From positions 262,771-326,770 of the forward strand of contig CAZSDS010000001.1 of NCBI GenBank assembly GCA_964605735.1: a DNA stretch of 64,000 bases, written 5' to 3'. The notes under the pieces are model-generated. The model was given only the letters and a program-made list of their open reading frames with translations. It searched no databases and was not told the origin of the DNA. The stretch comes from an uncultured Candidatus Saccharibacteria bacterium (GTDB lineage: Bacteria > Patescibacteriota > Doudnabacteria > UBA920 > O2-02-FULL-48-8). A program made the translations under genes and the position numbers. Below are positions 46,407 to 55,528 of this stretch, one piece after another; position 1 is the stretch's first letter; every line of letters starts with the position of its first letter.

Positions 46407-47963
46407 TTATCTTCCAGAATCCATAACAGCGGGGGCTGCAGGCTCTGTGACACCGCTGCTTCCAGCCGGCATGATTCGCACATTACCATTTTCATTGTCC
46501 AGGATTTCCTTTACCAGCGGAATGACAACGTTCTTGCGGTACCAATAATAGGCCGGAACATTTTCAGGTTCTTTGGTAACCGGGAAAATCAAAGCAGGGA
46601 CCAGGAGTTCTTCGTTGGTGCCGTCGCGGTAGTTCCAAAGCTTAACCATGGAAACCTGCGGCGTTCCCAGCTCAACGTCAACGGTTCGGCCATTTGGGTC
46701 ATTGTAATAATAGTTGCGAAAACCTCCTTGCGTGACCAGTTTCATTATGCGCTCCACGTCAGTCTCCGCGGCGTAGGAGGAGCTTTCGTAATTTTGGGTG
46801 TTCAAATCCCAAACCCCGCTTACACGAACCTCAGGTGCAATTCTGACGTTTACATTCAAGCCGTTTGGGTTACCTGATTCGTCAAACACTGGCTGGCCTT
46901 CAATAACAAGAGGATAAACCACACTCATGGAATCAGGAATCCAGAAACTTGCTTTCTCTGCAGCAGACATTCGTTCATACTGGCTGCGCCATTCCTTGTT
47001 TACAAACGGCTCACCATAAACGTCCCTGGGGATTCCATGTTGGTCCAGGAAGGAGTTAGCCGCGCTGATCAAAACTTCGTCAGAAGGAACTTGTGAAATT
47101 TCTATCCTTCTTGGCTCGCAAGGCATGCTTGTCCCACGATCAACTGACAACGAAAGCGGACACACAGCCTGATAAGTCTGCCACTTTGCCCAATTTTCGC
47201 TGATGCTGATATTGCCTTCACTCAAGCTGACATTGACCATGTAGCCCAATTCCTTGTTTTCAGCAAAGGTAAAATTCTGAAGCTGGGCACTGCCAAAGCT
47301 GTTCAAGTTCACCAGTCCAAAACTAATTCGGTTGATGAAATCAGACAAAGCGCTGTTGCTTTCGCCCTTGATACGCTTCAACACGTCAACTTTTTCCTGG
47401 GTCAAAGCCAGTTCATCGCCTGTATAAATGTATCTGAAATTAATTGCCTGTTCAGGAGCAATCACTCTTGCGTCAGGAGTTGCATAAGTGCCGTTGTCTG
47501 GCGCCGGAGCCGCGTTAGGAGCGACAGAAAGAGTTTCTGAGTTGCCATTGCCCCCACCCATTCCGCCGGCCTGTTGGAGATTGTTTAATGAACCAAAAGC
47601 GTTATCACGAGCTTTGGTGATCTTGGGACCTGACAACATTGTGGTCAGGTTGGAGTGGGAAGAATCATTGATGCCGTACAAGTACCAAACGCTAACTGCA
47701 AGCAGGGCAATGAAAGCCACTCCTGCCCCAGCAAGCTGGAATTTTTTCATAAAATTTGAAATTAATGATGTTTTGTGTTCTTGGGTTTCAGCCAGACTCA
47801 TCAGCTTTCGCCTCAAGTCCTGTCTAAATTGTTCGTCGAACTGAGTATCCGGACGTAATTCCATCAACTCAGTCACGAGCTTGCGTAAAACAGGTTCGTG
47901 CTGTTTCATGGACGGATCGCTCAGGTAGAGTTCCGCAAGGATTTGTTCAATTTTGTTCTGCAT
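46407..47963 (-). CDS. putative anti-sigma factor with large extracytoplasmic domain
   Basis: Starts 4 nt after the sigma stop (ATG 47963); small cytoplasmic domain 'PD..F...LR..L', one TM, large C-terminal domain. Confidence 0.65.
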   Translation of the reverse strand: MQNKIEQILAELYLSDPSMKQHEPVLRKLVTELMELRPDTQFDEQFRQDLRRKLMSLAETQEHKTSLISNFMKKFQLAGAGVAFIALLAVSVWYLYGINDSSHSNLTTMLSGPKITKARDNAFGSLNNLQQAGGMGGGNGNSETLSVAPNAAPAPDNGTYATPDARVIAPEQAINFRYIYTGDELALTQEKVDVLKRIKGESNSALSDFINRISFGLVNLNSFGSAQLQNFTFAENKELGYMVNVSLSEGNISISENWAKWQTYQAVCPLSLSVDRGTSMPCEPRRIEISQVPSDEVLISAANSFLDQHGIPRDVYGEPFVNKEWRSQYERMSAAEKASFWIPDSMSVVYPLVIEGQPVFDESGNPNGLNVNVRIAPEVRVSGVWDLNTQNYESSSYAAETDVERIMKLVTQGGFRNYYYNDPNGRTVDVELGTPQVSMVKLWNYRDGTNEELLVPALIFPVTKEPENVPAYYWYRKNVVIPLVKEILDNENGNVRIMPAGSSGVTEPAAPAVMDSGR

Positions 47964-47967
47964 AGAT

Positions 47968-48537
47968 TTAAATGTATGGGTTAAGGACAAAAATGACGTA
48001 CAACAGAATCGGCAACAATTCTTTTTGCATTTTTTGCATGATTCTGCTGAATATGACTTTGCAGTTCCCTTCCGTCTTGCCGGTCAGGGCAGAAATTTCA
48101 GCATAACTCAGCCCATCCCACAGGCGCATAATTACGATATCCCGCTGTTCCTCACTTAATTGATTCAAGTAAGTTTTGACCTGGTCCAGCCTGTCCCTGA
48201 TTTCCGCCTCTCCCGCTACGTTATCCCGGGAAGGGGCATTGGCAGCTGCCTCAAGGTCAACAGTGGATTTGGAGGTGCGCATGTGGTCAATGACCGTATT
48301 TCGGGCAATTCGATACAGCCAGCTGCTGAACACGCCGCTGGAGCCTTTGAATGAATTTATATTTTGAAAGGCTTTTGTAAACGTGACGCTGGTCAAGTCT
48401 TCCGCAGTCTGCTTGTGACTCGTGCGATAGTAGATGAAGTCGTAAATCTTTTTGACGTAAATGTCATACAGATCAGCGAATGCATCCATGTCGCCTTTTT
48501 GGCATCGTTCGATTGCAGCCAGTTCTCGATTGTCCAT
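47968..48537 (-). CDS. ECF RNA polymerase sigma factor
   Basis: GDMDAF..LY, AEDL, FSSWLYRIARN, LSYAEI region 4. Confidence 0.95.
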   Translation of the reverse strand: MDNRELAAIERCQKGDMDAFADLYDIYVKKIYDFIYYRTSHKQTAEDLTSVTFTKAFQNINSFKGSSGVFSSWLYRIARNTVIDHMRTSKSTVDLEAAANAPSRDNVAGEAEIRDRLDQVKTYLNQLSEEQRDIVIMRLWDGLSYAEISALTGKTEGNCKVIFSRIMQKMQKELLPILLYVIFVLNPYI

Positions 48538-48699
48538 GCAATTTAGACTTTGTTGATTAATGCTTCAAAAACTGGTTCGTTTCGCGAATACGAAGCAGTT
48601 ATCCACACTAAGCATACAGTATTTGGAATTTGGAAGAAAATCTCTTCCGTTCCCATTAATAAATACGAATTTGGGGTTTAAAGGTAACACCCGTCACGC

Positions 48700-50328
48700 C
48701 TATTTTGCCTGCGCGAAATCAAAAGTTTCAGCCTTCAAATCAGTTTTAATCGGCAGAGTCACAACAAATGTAGTGCCTTTGTTCAAACCCTTGCTTTCCG
48801 CCCATATTTTGCCCTTGTGGTACTCGACAACAACTTTGGCCACGTAAAGGCCAAGTCCGAGACCATCCGAATCTTTTTTGGACTGGCGTCCGCGGCCATA
48901 TTTTTCAAAAATTGCCTTAAGCTCTTCCCGCGCAATACCTTTGCCGCGATCCTTTATCTTGATAATAAAATCTGTGGTGTTTTTTGTCAGCTCAATGTTA
49001 ATCTTGCCGGCTTTGGAGTATTTGATGGCGTTGTCTATGAGGTTATTGATGACTTGAGCAAGTTTCTCCTTGTCTGCCAGAAAGTGAGGAAAAGTTTGCT
49101 TTGGTTTGCGCCAGACAAGTTCAATATTTTTGAGACTTGCTTGCGGAACCAGCTGCATGACCACGTTATCCACCAACTTAATCAGGTCTGACTCTTCAAA
49201 AATAAATTCCATCTTGCCTCGTTCAATGCGTGAAGCGTTCAGCATGTCATCTATCAGTCCTATTAAGTTGTTGTTTGTAACCTGGGCTTTGGTTAACGCG
49301 TCCTTGATCTTTGGCGTTACCTTTCCATAATCACCGGAAAGTACAGCGGCCAGATACCACTTGATTGTTGCCGGCGGGGTTCGCAACTGGTGTGATGCGA
49401 CTGAAATAAATTCCGCGCGTGCTTTGTCCAGAGCCTGAAGCCTCTCATTAGCGTAAGCTAATTCATCAGAAAGGATTTGGAGTTGTTCTCTTTGTTTAAC
49501 TTCTCTCAAAACACTTCTAATTAAAAATACGGAAAATGCCGCAATGAGAACTGCTAAAAACGTCTGAACTATTTGTTCTTGTAGATTTCTGGCCAACAAA
49601 ATTTGCCAAATACTCGCCACTATAAGCACAAAAGACAGCAACTCAGTAGAAATCACTTTTACATTTAAGAACTGATACCTAAGAATCGCAAATGCCGCTC
49701 CAAAAAACAAAGGTAAAATAAAAAGCGATGAATAATTAACAAAAGTAGTGTCATTAAGAAACACTACACTGATAAAAACTAACCCAAAAATGAGAATATA
49801 GGTAGTTGTTAACCCAAAAGATATGGAAAGCCACTGTTTCCTTTCCAAACCCTTGGCTTTTAGGTACTTCCTAACTATCAAATAGAAAGTGTATATCGAA
49901 AGTCCTATCAGCATTGCCGCAAAAAATCCGATCATTGCTCCTGGGACTGGTTCGGCTTGGCCGTTGGCTATCTCGACAGTCTTGAATACATATGGAGTCA
50001 TAGCTAAAAGCATAAGCATATACATGACTGCCATATGAAAGTTTAGTACTTTATTTGGGATAGCCAATTCTTTATTCGGGAAATTAGCAACAAATAAATA
50101 GAACAAAAAGACATGTGGTACAGCAAAAAATATGACAGCGCGAATCCAGAATAAGGCGCTTTCTGCCGGGACGGTAACTGAAACATAGTTAACCATTGAC
50201 CACGCAGCAATCACCAACGAATAAAGGAAGAAAATTCGATTGGTTACGTTCTTTTTATTATGGAAATACACCAGGAACCCAAGGAAAAGGAGTATTTCAG
50301 TTGTCAGTAAACTAAGGAATAAGATCAT
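48700..50328 (-). CDS. sensor histidine kinase with N-terminal multi-TM (7TM-like) input domain
   Basis: About 9 TMs; H-box SHQLRTP; N-box NLIDNAIKYS; G1 DRGKGI; G2 GLGLGL. Confidence 0.95.
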   Translation of the reverse strand: MILFLSLLTTEILLFLGFLVYFHNKKNVTNRIFFLYSLVIAAWSMVNYVSVTVPAESALFWIRAVIFFAVPHVFLFYLFVANFPNKELAIPNKVLNFHMAVMYMLMLLAMTPYVFKTVEIANGQAEPVPGAMIGFFAAMLIGLSIYTFYLIVRKYLKAKGLERKQWLSISFGLTTTYILIFGLVFISVVFLNDTTFVNYSSLFILPLFFGAAFAILRYQFLNVKVISTELLSFVLIVASIWQILLARNLQEQIVQTFLAVLIAAFSVFLIRSVLREVKQREQLQILSDELAYANERLQALDKARAEFISVASHQLRTPPATIKWYLAAVLSGDYGKVTPKIKDALTKAQVTNNNLIGLIDDMLNASRIERGKMEFIFEESDLIKLVDNVVMQLVPQASLKNIELVWRKPKQTFPHFLADKEKLAQVINNLIDNAIKYSKAGKINIELTKNTTDFIIKIKDRGKGIAREELKAIFEKYGRGRQSKKDSDGLGLGLYVAKVVVEYHKGKIWAESKGLNKGTTFVVTLPIKTDLKAETFDFAQAK

Positions 50329-50356
50329 CTTTTATTTTTCTTTTTTTTAGTTCGGA

Positions 50357-51844
50357 TTATTTCTTAAGCCACTGTTGTTTTACCCCTGGCTTGAAATACA
50401 TTTCATCGTTATACGGCCAAAAGAATATTCGCGGCCTTGTTCGCTTTTCTTCAAGCAGGCTTGCTAATTCCCTATACTCAGAATTTTCTTTCAGTAACCT
50501 TTTGACTACAGCATGGAGGATTACATCGCTAAGTTTTTTGCTGCTTTTTCCTTTAGGCTTAAGCTCAATGTTAAGCTTGAGAAATTGGTTGTTTTTTTCA
50601 TCGTAGGCGGTTTCCATACTGAATTTCCCTGTCACGTGTTTCAAAATGTGGGCGTCTTCAATAGCTCGTTTAATACTTTGAGGATAAATTTGAAGGCCAT
50701 ACAAAGTAACGGAAAAATCAGACCTCTCAAAAACATAGACGAAAGGCAACGGTGACAATTTAATACCTAATTTTTTAGCTTCCTTGTTCAGATCAATTCC
50801 ATGATTCTTAAACATTGCAGCAATCTCAGTAAGGGTATAAGTTCCACCGTTATCACCTATTTGGTATCTGCAAATTGGCATAGCGCTATCTGCGGTGATC
50901 AGCAGTCCACCCTCTTGTTCCTCAAAAGCAATAAACTCTGGATTATATTGGGCAAGAGTTGGCAATTTCGTCTTTGAGAACATCTGATCAAGAATATGCG
51001 GATGCTGCACGGCCAATTTTCTTATGAGGATGCTGGTCGGCGTTTCAAAAGCCATTGCTCCTAATTCAGCAGAACCATAAATATTTAAGGTATCCGAATA
51101 GATATTCCTGACATGAGCCGCCTTAGCAATATGCTCTCTAAACCCTTCAGTGAATGATTCTGCCGCAAACACAAATCTGCAATTCCAAGATTTCAGATCC
51201 ACTCCTTCAATTTCTGCCTCATCAACAATGTCCTTAAGAAATGGGGGGTAACCTGTAAAAATTAGATTCTTGTAAGAGGGCGCCATCTCTCTTAGGCAAT
51301 TAAATATTTCCTTTTTATTTATCCCTGGAGTTACAATCGACAACTGCTGTCCACGGTTTGCGGCCTCATAAAATGCTTGATAGGTTATCATCCCGCCTAT
51401 CCAAATTCCCATACCAAAGCAGTTTATCAGTAGCGTTGGACCAGGATAGCCATTTTGCAAAAAATACTCCGCTAAAATTGAATACTGCCAATCAAGAGTT
51501 TTACTCCTCAAAAAATAGGTAGGTTTGCCTGTTGAGCCTGAAGTTGAAGTGCCAACCAATGCTCCCGATTCATGCAGAGTTGGCCAGAGTTTGTCAGGCA
51601 AGGGATATTGCCTGAAATAATTTGATTTTGTTACACTGGGGAGGTTCTCAAAATCTTCGTATTTATTTATTTTTTCAGGATTTACCTTGTTTGTTTTAAG
51701 AAACTTTTTATAGGCTGGCACCGCCTTAGCCATCTTCTGGAAAAGTCCCAAACTCCTTTTTTGTTGCCATTTCAACAAAACAGAATCAAGAGTCTGGTCA
51801 GAAAGTTTTAAGGCATTTTTATGATTAATTTTCTTTTTAGGCAT
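50357..51844 (-). CDS. phenylacetate-CoA ligase (PaaK)-like adenylate-forming enzyme
   Basis: VPAY, STSGSTGKP P-loop, GYPPF, YGSAE, RYQIGD. Confidence 0.85.
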   Translation of the reverse strand: MPKKKINHKNALKLSDQTLDSVLLKWQQKRSLGLFQKMAKAVPAYKKFLKTNKVNPEKINKYEDFENLPSVTKSNYFRQYPLPDKLWPTLHESGALVGTSTSGSTGKPTYFLRSKTLDWQYSILAEYFLQNGYPGPTLLINCFGMGIWIGGMITYQAFYEAANRGQQLSIVTPGINKKEIFNCLREMAPSYKNLIFTGYPPFLKDIVDEAEIEGVDLKSWNCRFVFAAESFTEGFREHIAKAAHVRNIYSDTLNIYGSAELGAMAFETPTSILIRKLAVQHPHILDQMFSKTKLPTLAQYNPEFIAFEEQEGGLLITADSAMPICRYQIGDNGGTYTLTEIAAMFKNHGIDLNKEAKKLGIKLSPLPFVYVFERSDFSVTLYGLQIYPQSIKRAIEDAHILKHVTGKFSMETAYDEKNNQFLKLNIELKPKGKSSKKLSDVILHAVVKRLLKENSEYRELASLLEEKRTRPRIFFWPYNDEMYFKPGVKQQWLKK

Positions 51845-52871
51845 TGTTGTAAATTCTTTCTGCCATTTCTATGGCAATTGTGTTAGGGTTTTTTTTCTTT
51901 TTTTTGGAAAAGATTAGTATTCGTTTTAATACCTTATCAATATCAGTAATATGTTTGAGAACTCTCCCAGGGTTGTACCCTCCCGGCAATAATTCATCAG
52001 CGACATTCATTAGTCCGCCGGCGTTCGCCACAAAATCAGGAATATACAAAATTTTCCGTTTCACCAATTTTTCCCCTATGCCAGGATTTGCGAGCTGATT
52101 ATTAGCCGTGCCACAAATCATTTTTGCATTAATTTCCGATATATTTTTCTCGGTCACCTCATTTCCAAGCGCACACGGGCTATACACGGTCACAGGGAGT
52201 TTATGCACTGAACGGAACGACACGATATTAATAAAGGGATATTTTTTCTTAATGTATTTTAATCGGTGATGATCCTTGTCCGCAACAGCAATATTCTTAG
52301 TATGTTGAGATAATAAATGTAGTAAATGAGAACCAGTTTTCCCTACGCCTTTTATTGCTACTGAAACATTCTTTATAGGCTTGTTTAAATGTTTAAGTCC
52401 GGTTTTTAAACAAATATAGCAACTTTCCGCGGCATAGACTGATGGATCTCCAGCTTTGCCTGTCTTGCCTATGAAGAACGGAGACACAGTTAGCATATAT
52501 TGCACATCTGACTCCGCCAACCCAACATCTTCTCCGGTATAAAATTTGCCATTCAAGTGTTTTATTACAAGCGCGTACTCATACAAAATCTCTTTGAAAT
52601 TCTTATCATACGGGTCCGCCATTATCACACCCTTGCCGCCACCAAAAGGTAAGCCTGAAACGGCACACTTATAAGTCATGGCGTGTGATAACCGTAGCAC
52701 ATCTTTAAGAGCTTCCTTTTTGCTTTTATAAGGGAAGATGCGGGTTCCTCCAACAGCAGGACCTAAATTAGTGTTGTGTATCGCAATATACCCTTTTAAT
52801 TTCTTGCTGTGTACGGATAAATCAAGAATTATCTCATGGTGGTCGTACTCAGGCAATGACTCATATTTCAT
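51837..52871 (-). CDS. Glu/Leu/Phe/Val dehydrogenase family
   Basis: LGPAVGGTR, MTYK, GGGKGV, GEDVG, GVGKTG, PCALG, ANNQL, PDFVANAGG. Confidence 0.93.
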   Translation of the reverse strand: MKYESLPEYDHHEIILDLSVHSKKLKGYIAIHNTNLGPAVGGTRIFPYKSKKEALKDVLRLSHAMTYKCAVSGLPFGGGKGVIMADPYDKNFKEILYEYALVIKHLNGKFYTGEDVGLAESDVQYMLTVSPFFIGKTGKAGDPSVYAAESCYICLKTGLKHLNKPIKNVSVAIKGVGKTGSHLLHLLSQHTKNIAVADKDHHRLKYIKKKYPFINIVSFRSVHKLPVTVYSPCALGNEVTEKNISEINAKMICGTANNQLANPGIGEKLVKRKILYIPDFVANAGGLMNVADELLPGGYNPGRVLKHITDIDKVLKRILIFSKKKKKNPNTIAIEMAERIYNNA

Positions 52872-53926
52872 ACTAACTCTTCAAATCTGATCAATTTTCT
52901 ACCACTATCCAGTTTCTGATCCAAGCAAATCTTGCGAGCGAGGTAGGCCGCTACACCCCCACCTACAGTCACGGTGCTCATTACCTGAGGCCTGCCTACA
53001 AGGGTCTTATTTATTTCACCAATGGTTTCTATGACTCTGGTGGGGACATTTTCCCTGCCCACGATTGCCAAAGCAAATTTTTGCCTATCGTTTTCAGAAA
53101 TAGGTTTGGATAATACTTCTTCTGCAGTAGCACCGGTTAAGCCATTAAAAATTTCCGTGTTGGGGTCCTTATCATACCTTTCTACATCAATCAAAAGCCT
53201 ATCACCTAAATTTGTTAACATTATTACCGGAACTCCATATTTTCTAGCAACCATCCTGATCTTTATTTTTTGTTCAAAATCATCTATTGCCTCAAAAATC
53301 AGATTTAATTTTTTTGAACCTGCAACAAATTCTTCAATATTTTCGTCATTCAAACCCTTTCCAAATAATTCCAACTCCGCATATGGGTTGACTTCGTAAA
53401 TCTGTTCAGCAGTTATTTTACTCTTTTCCTTTCCTAGCTCATGCACACCTGAACGAACCCTGTTCAAATTGCTCAAAGATAGGGTATCAAAATCTGCTAA
53501 TTTCATATGGTTGGAAATTCCTGAGTAAGCCAAATTTAACGCCATCCCGTTTCCAATTGACAGCCCAAGCACTCCAACATTGAAGTCTTTAAGTTTTTTT
53601 TGTTCTTCAGAATTAATAATATTTTGATTTCTATTCGTCCTCACTTTTTCGTATTCTTTTTGATTCAAAATGTGTACGAGATAACCGTTCCATGGATAAT
53701 AAACCCATGTCCCATTTAGACGCCCTGGGCGGTTTTTTTCTTCAAGATATTTTGCCAACAAATCCTGATAACCAGGGTCAAATTTAAGTTGGGGGTTTTC
53801 AATATTAAAAAGCTCCTCCAACTGATTTGGGTAAGTGTCGATTTTCCTCCACACGTTATTTTCCTGCTCAACTTTTTCTAAATCATCCAAAGTATGCTCT
53901 GTTTCAGTTATTAAAATTGGCTTCAT
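52868..53926 (-). CDS. ThiF/E1-like adenylyltransferase, Rv1355c/MoeY-type
   Basis: 'WVYYPW', 'RTNRN..II..EEQ..L', VGVLGLSIG, DFDTLSLSNLNR, RPQ. Confidence 0.88.
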   Translation of the reverse strand: MKPILITETEHTLDDLEKVEQENNVWRKIDTYPNQLEELFNIENPQLKFDPGYQDLLAKYLEEKNRPGRLNGTWVYYPWNGYLVHILNQKEYEKVRTNRNQNIINSEEQKKLKDFNVGVLGLSIGNGMALNLAYSGISNHMKLADFDTLSLSNLNRVRSGVHELGKEKSKITAEQIYEVNPYAELELFGKGLNDENIEEFVAGSKKLNLIFEAIDDFEQKIKIRMVARKYGVPVIMLTNLGDRLLIDVERYDKDPNTEIFNGLTGATAEEVLSKPISENDRQKFALAIVGRENVPTRVIETIGEINKTLVGRPQVMSTVTVGGGVAAYLARKICLDQKLDSGRKLIRFEELV

Positions 53927-53930
53927 TTTT

Positions 53931-54938
53931 CTATTCGATTATTATTTTTTTAATTGGTCTCCTGGGGCTATGGAAATGCACTTTATTACAAAAACCTAAT
54001 CTGAAAAACATTTGAAGCTTTTTCTCAGTGGCCATTATTTGCTGTAAAGCTTTTCTGTGTCTGGGGCTTTCTATCCCGCCTTGCATTACCCCAATGCTTA
54101 TATTATTCTTTTCAGCTTCAACTGCAATTTTTTGGAAAGACATACCTACTTTTAACCAATCGCTTTCGGTGTCATAATCTGTCATCAATAATGCAAAGGT
54201 GGGCACATTATTTAGCATCCTTCGGTGTATCTTTACTTGGAGATTGCTGATATCGAAAAATCTCGTAAGAGATGGAAAAATCAAAGATACAAGAAAAGGC
54301 ATACCAAGGTTTTTGCCGACCAAACCTTCTTCATGCCTTCCAATTGATGGTTTTAGCCAAGGGTATAATTCCTTCCGGAAATTTTTATCCTGAAAAGCCT
54401 CTTTAATGGATTCCAAAACCACGGGCTTAATTTGTTCTTTCTGCGACCTATCAGACACAAGGTGAATACTCACCCCATGCTCGACCATATTTTTTAGCTT
54501 TAGCAAAAAGCTATCAGGTAGTGCTGTTTCCTCAAACGGAAGTCGGCTGTTATGCCTATTAATGACCGCGTTCAAGGTAACCTCATCTATATTTTTAGCC
54601 TCTAGAGAACCGTATTCAAATTTCGCTATCACGTCATGAACCTTGCTCGCCACACTAGTTTGATAAGACAATCCCAGACAGTCGGAAACCATTTTGAGAG
54701 TACCAACAACGGTACCTAGGGTTATTGCAAATTCACGGCCTTCGGTGTCGGCTACGGTCAATTTACGAGACCTGTCGGGCAATATTTCAATGGTCTTTTC
54801 TTTACAACGAAATTGCCAAGGTTGCATGTTGTGACTTGAAGGAGCTAATGACGCAAGCTGCACAAGAAAAAACAACCTATCCTGATCATTATTTAGGTTC
54901 ATGTACTCTCGTGGGCTGATCTCGCGTTTAGTTTTCAT
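53931..54938 (-). CDS. Acg-like nitroreductase-fold flavoprotein
   Basis: LAPSSHNMQPWQF, RHNSR.PF, QMFFRLG. Confidence 0.85.
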   Translation of the reverse strand: MKTKREISPREYMNLNNDQDRLFFLVQLASLAPSSHNMQPWQFRCKEKTIEILPDRSRKLTVADTEGREFAITLGTVVGTLKMVSDCLGLSYQTSVASKVHDVIAKFEYGSLEAKNIDEVTLNAVINRHNSRLPFEETALPDSFLLKLKNMVEHGVSIHLVSDRSQKEQIKPVVLESIKEAFQDKNFRKELYPWLKPSIGRHEEGLVGKNLGMPFLVSLIFPSLTRFFDISNLQVKIHRRMLNNVPTFALLMTDYDTESDWLKVGMSFQKIAVEAEKNNISIGVMQGGIESPRHRKALQQIMATEKKLQMFFRLGFCNKVHFHSPRRPIKKIIIE

Positions 54939-54967
54939 TGTATTTCACAAAGAGAGAATGTACCTTC

Positions 54968-54996
54968 ATTATACGTATTTTTGCACAAAAAAGCAA
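54968..54996 (-). promoter_or_regulatory. promoter of the nitroreductase-ThiF operon
   Basis: TTGCTT-17 nt-TATAAT on the minus strand. Confidence 0.65.
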
Positions 54997-55054
54997 TTAG
55001 TTTTTGGATTTTTGTGAAATTTTAATAATATTGTGCTAATATTAGTTTAACGCT

Positions 55055-55468
55055 ATGGCAAACAACAAGAAACAAAAGAAAATTTTAGTGGCTGAAGATG
55101 AACTCGCAATGCGGGAAATTGTAGTGGAAAAACTGCAATCCGGCGGTTTTAACGTTAGCCAAGCAGAAAACGGGGCCATTGCAATAAAAATGGTGGAAAA
55201 GGAAAAACCAGACCTGATTTTGCTAGATCTAATGATGCCCGAAGTCGACGGCTTCGGCGTGCTGGAAAAAGTAAGAAAAAACCCAAACGCAAAAATTGCA
55301 CAAACCCCGATAATAATTTTGACCAACCTTTGGAGCAAGGAAGAGATAATCAAAACAAAAAACCTTGGAGTCCAGGCTTACATCATAAAAGCATATATGA
55401 CCACGGAAGAAATTTTGGACAAAGTCATCGAAGTCCTAAATGTCCATGTCACAGAAAAGTCAAAATAG
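55055..55468 (+). CDS. single-domain response regulator (receiver only)
   Basis: ILVAEDE, LLDLMMP (phospho-Asp), LTN, IK; no output domain. Confidence 0.95.
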   Translation: MANNKKQKKILVAEDELAMREIVVEKLQSGGFNVSQAENGAIAIKMVEKEKPDLILLDLMMPEVDGFGVLEKVRKNPNAKIAQTPIIILTNLWSKEEIIKTKNLGVQAYIIKAYMTTEEILDKVIEVLNVHVTEKSK

Positions 55469-55498
55469 AACCCCGCACATAAACAAATTTAAATAACT

Positions 55499-55528
55499 AA
55501 AAAACGGCAACTGGTTTGCCGTTTTTTT
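55499..55528. terminator. bidirectional terminator
   Basis: A6-CGGCAA-CTGGT-TTGCCG-T7. Confidence 0.88.

Noticed and set aside
51888-51905. Homopolymer runs as programmed frameshift or phase-variation sites (also near 32462)
   Set aside because: They encode in-frame poly-Lys, and both ORFs are intact and coupled to their neighbours.
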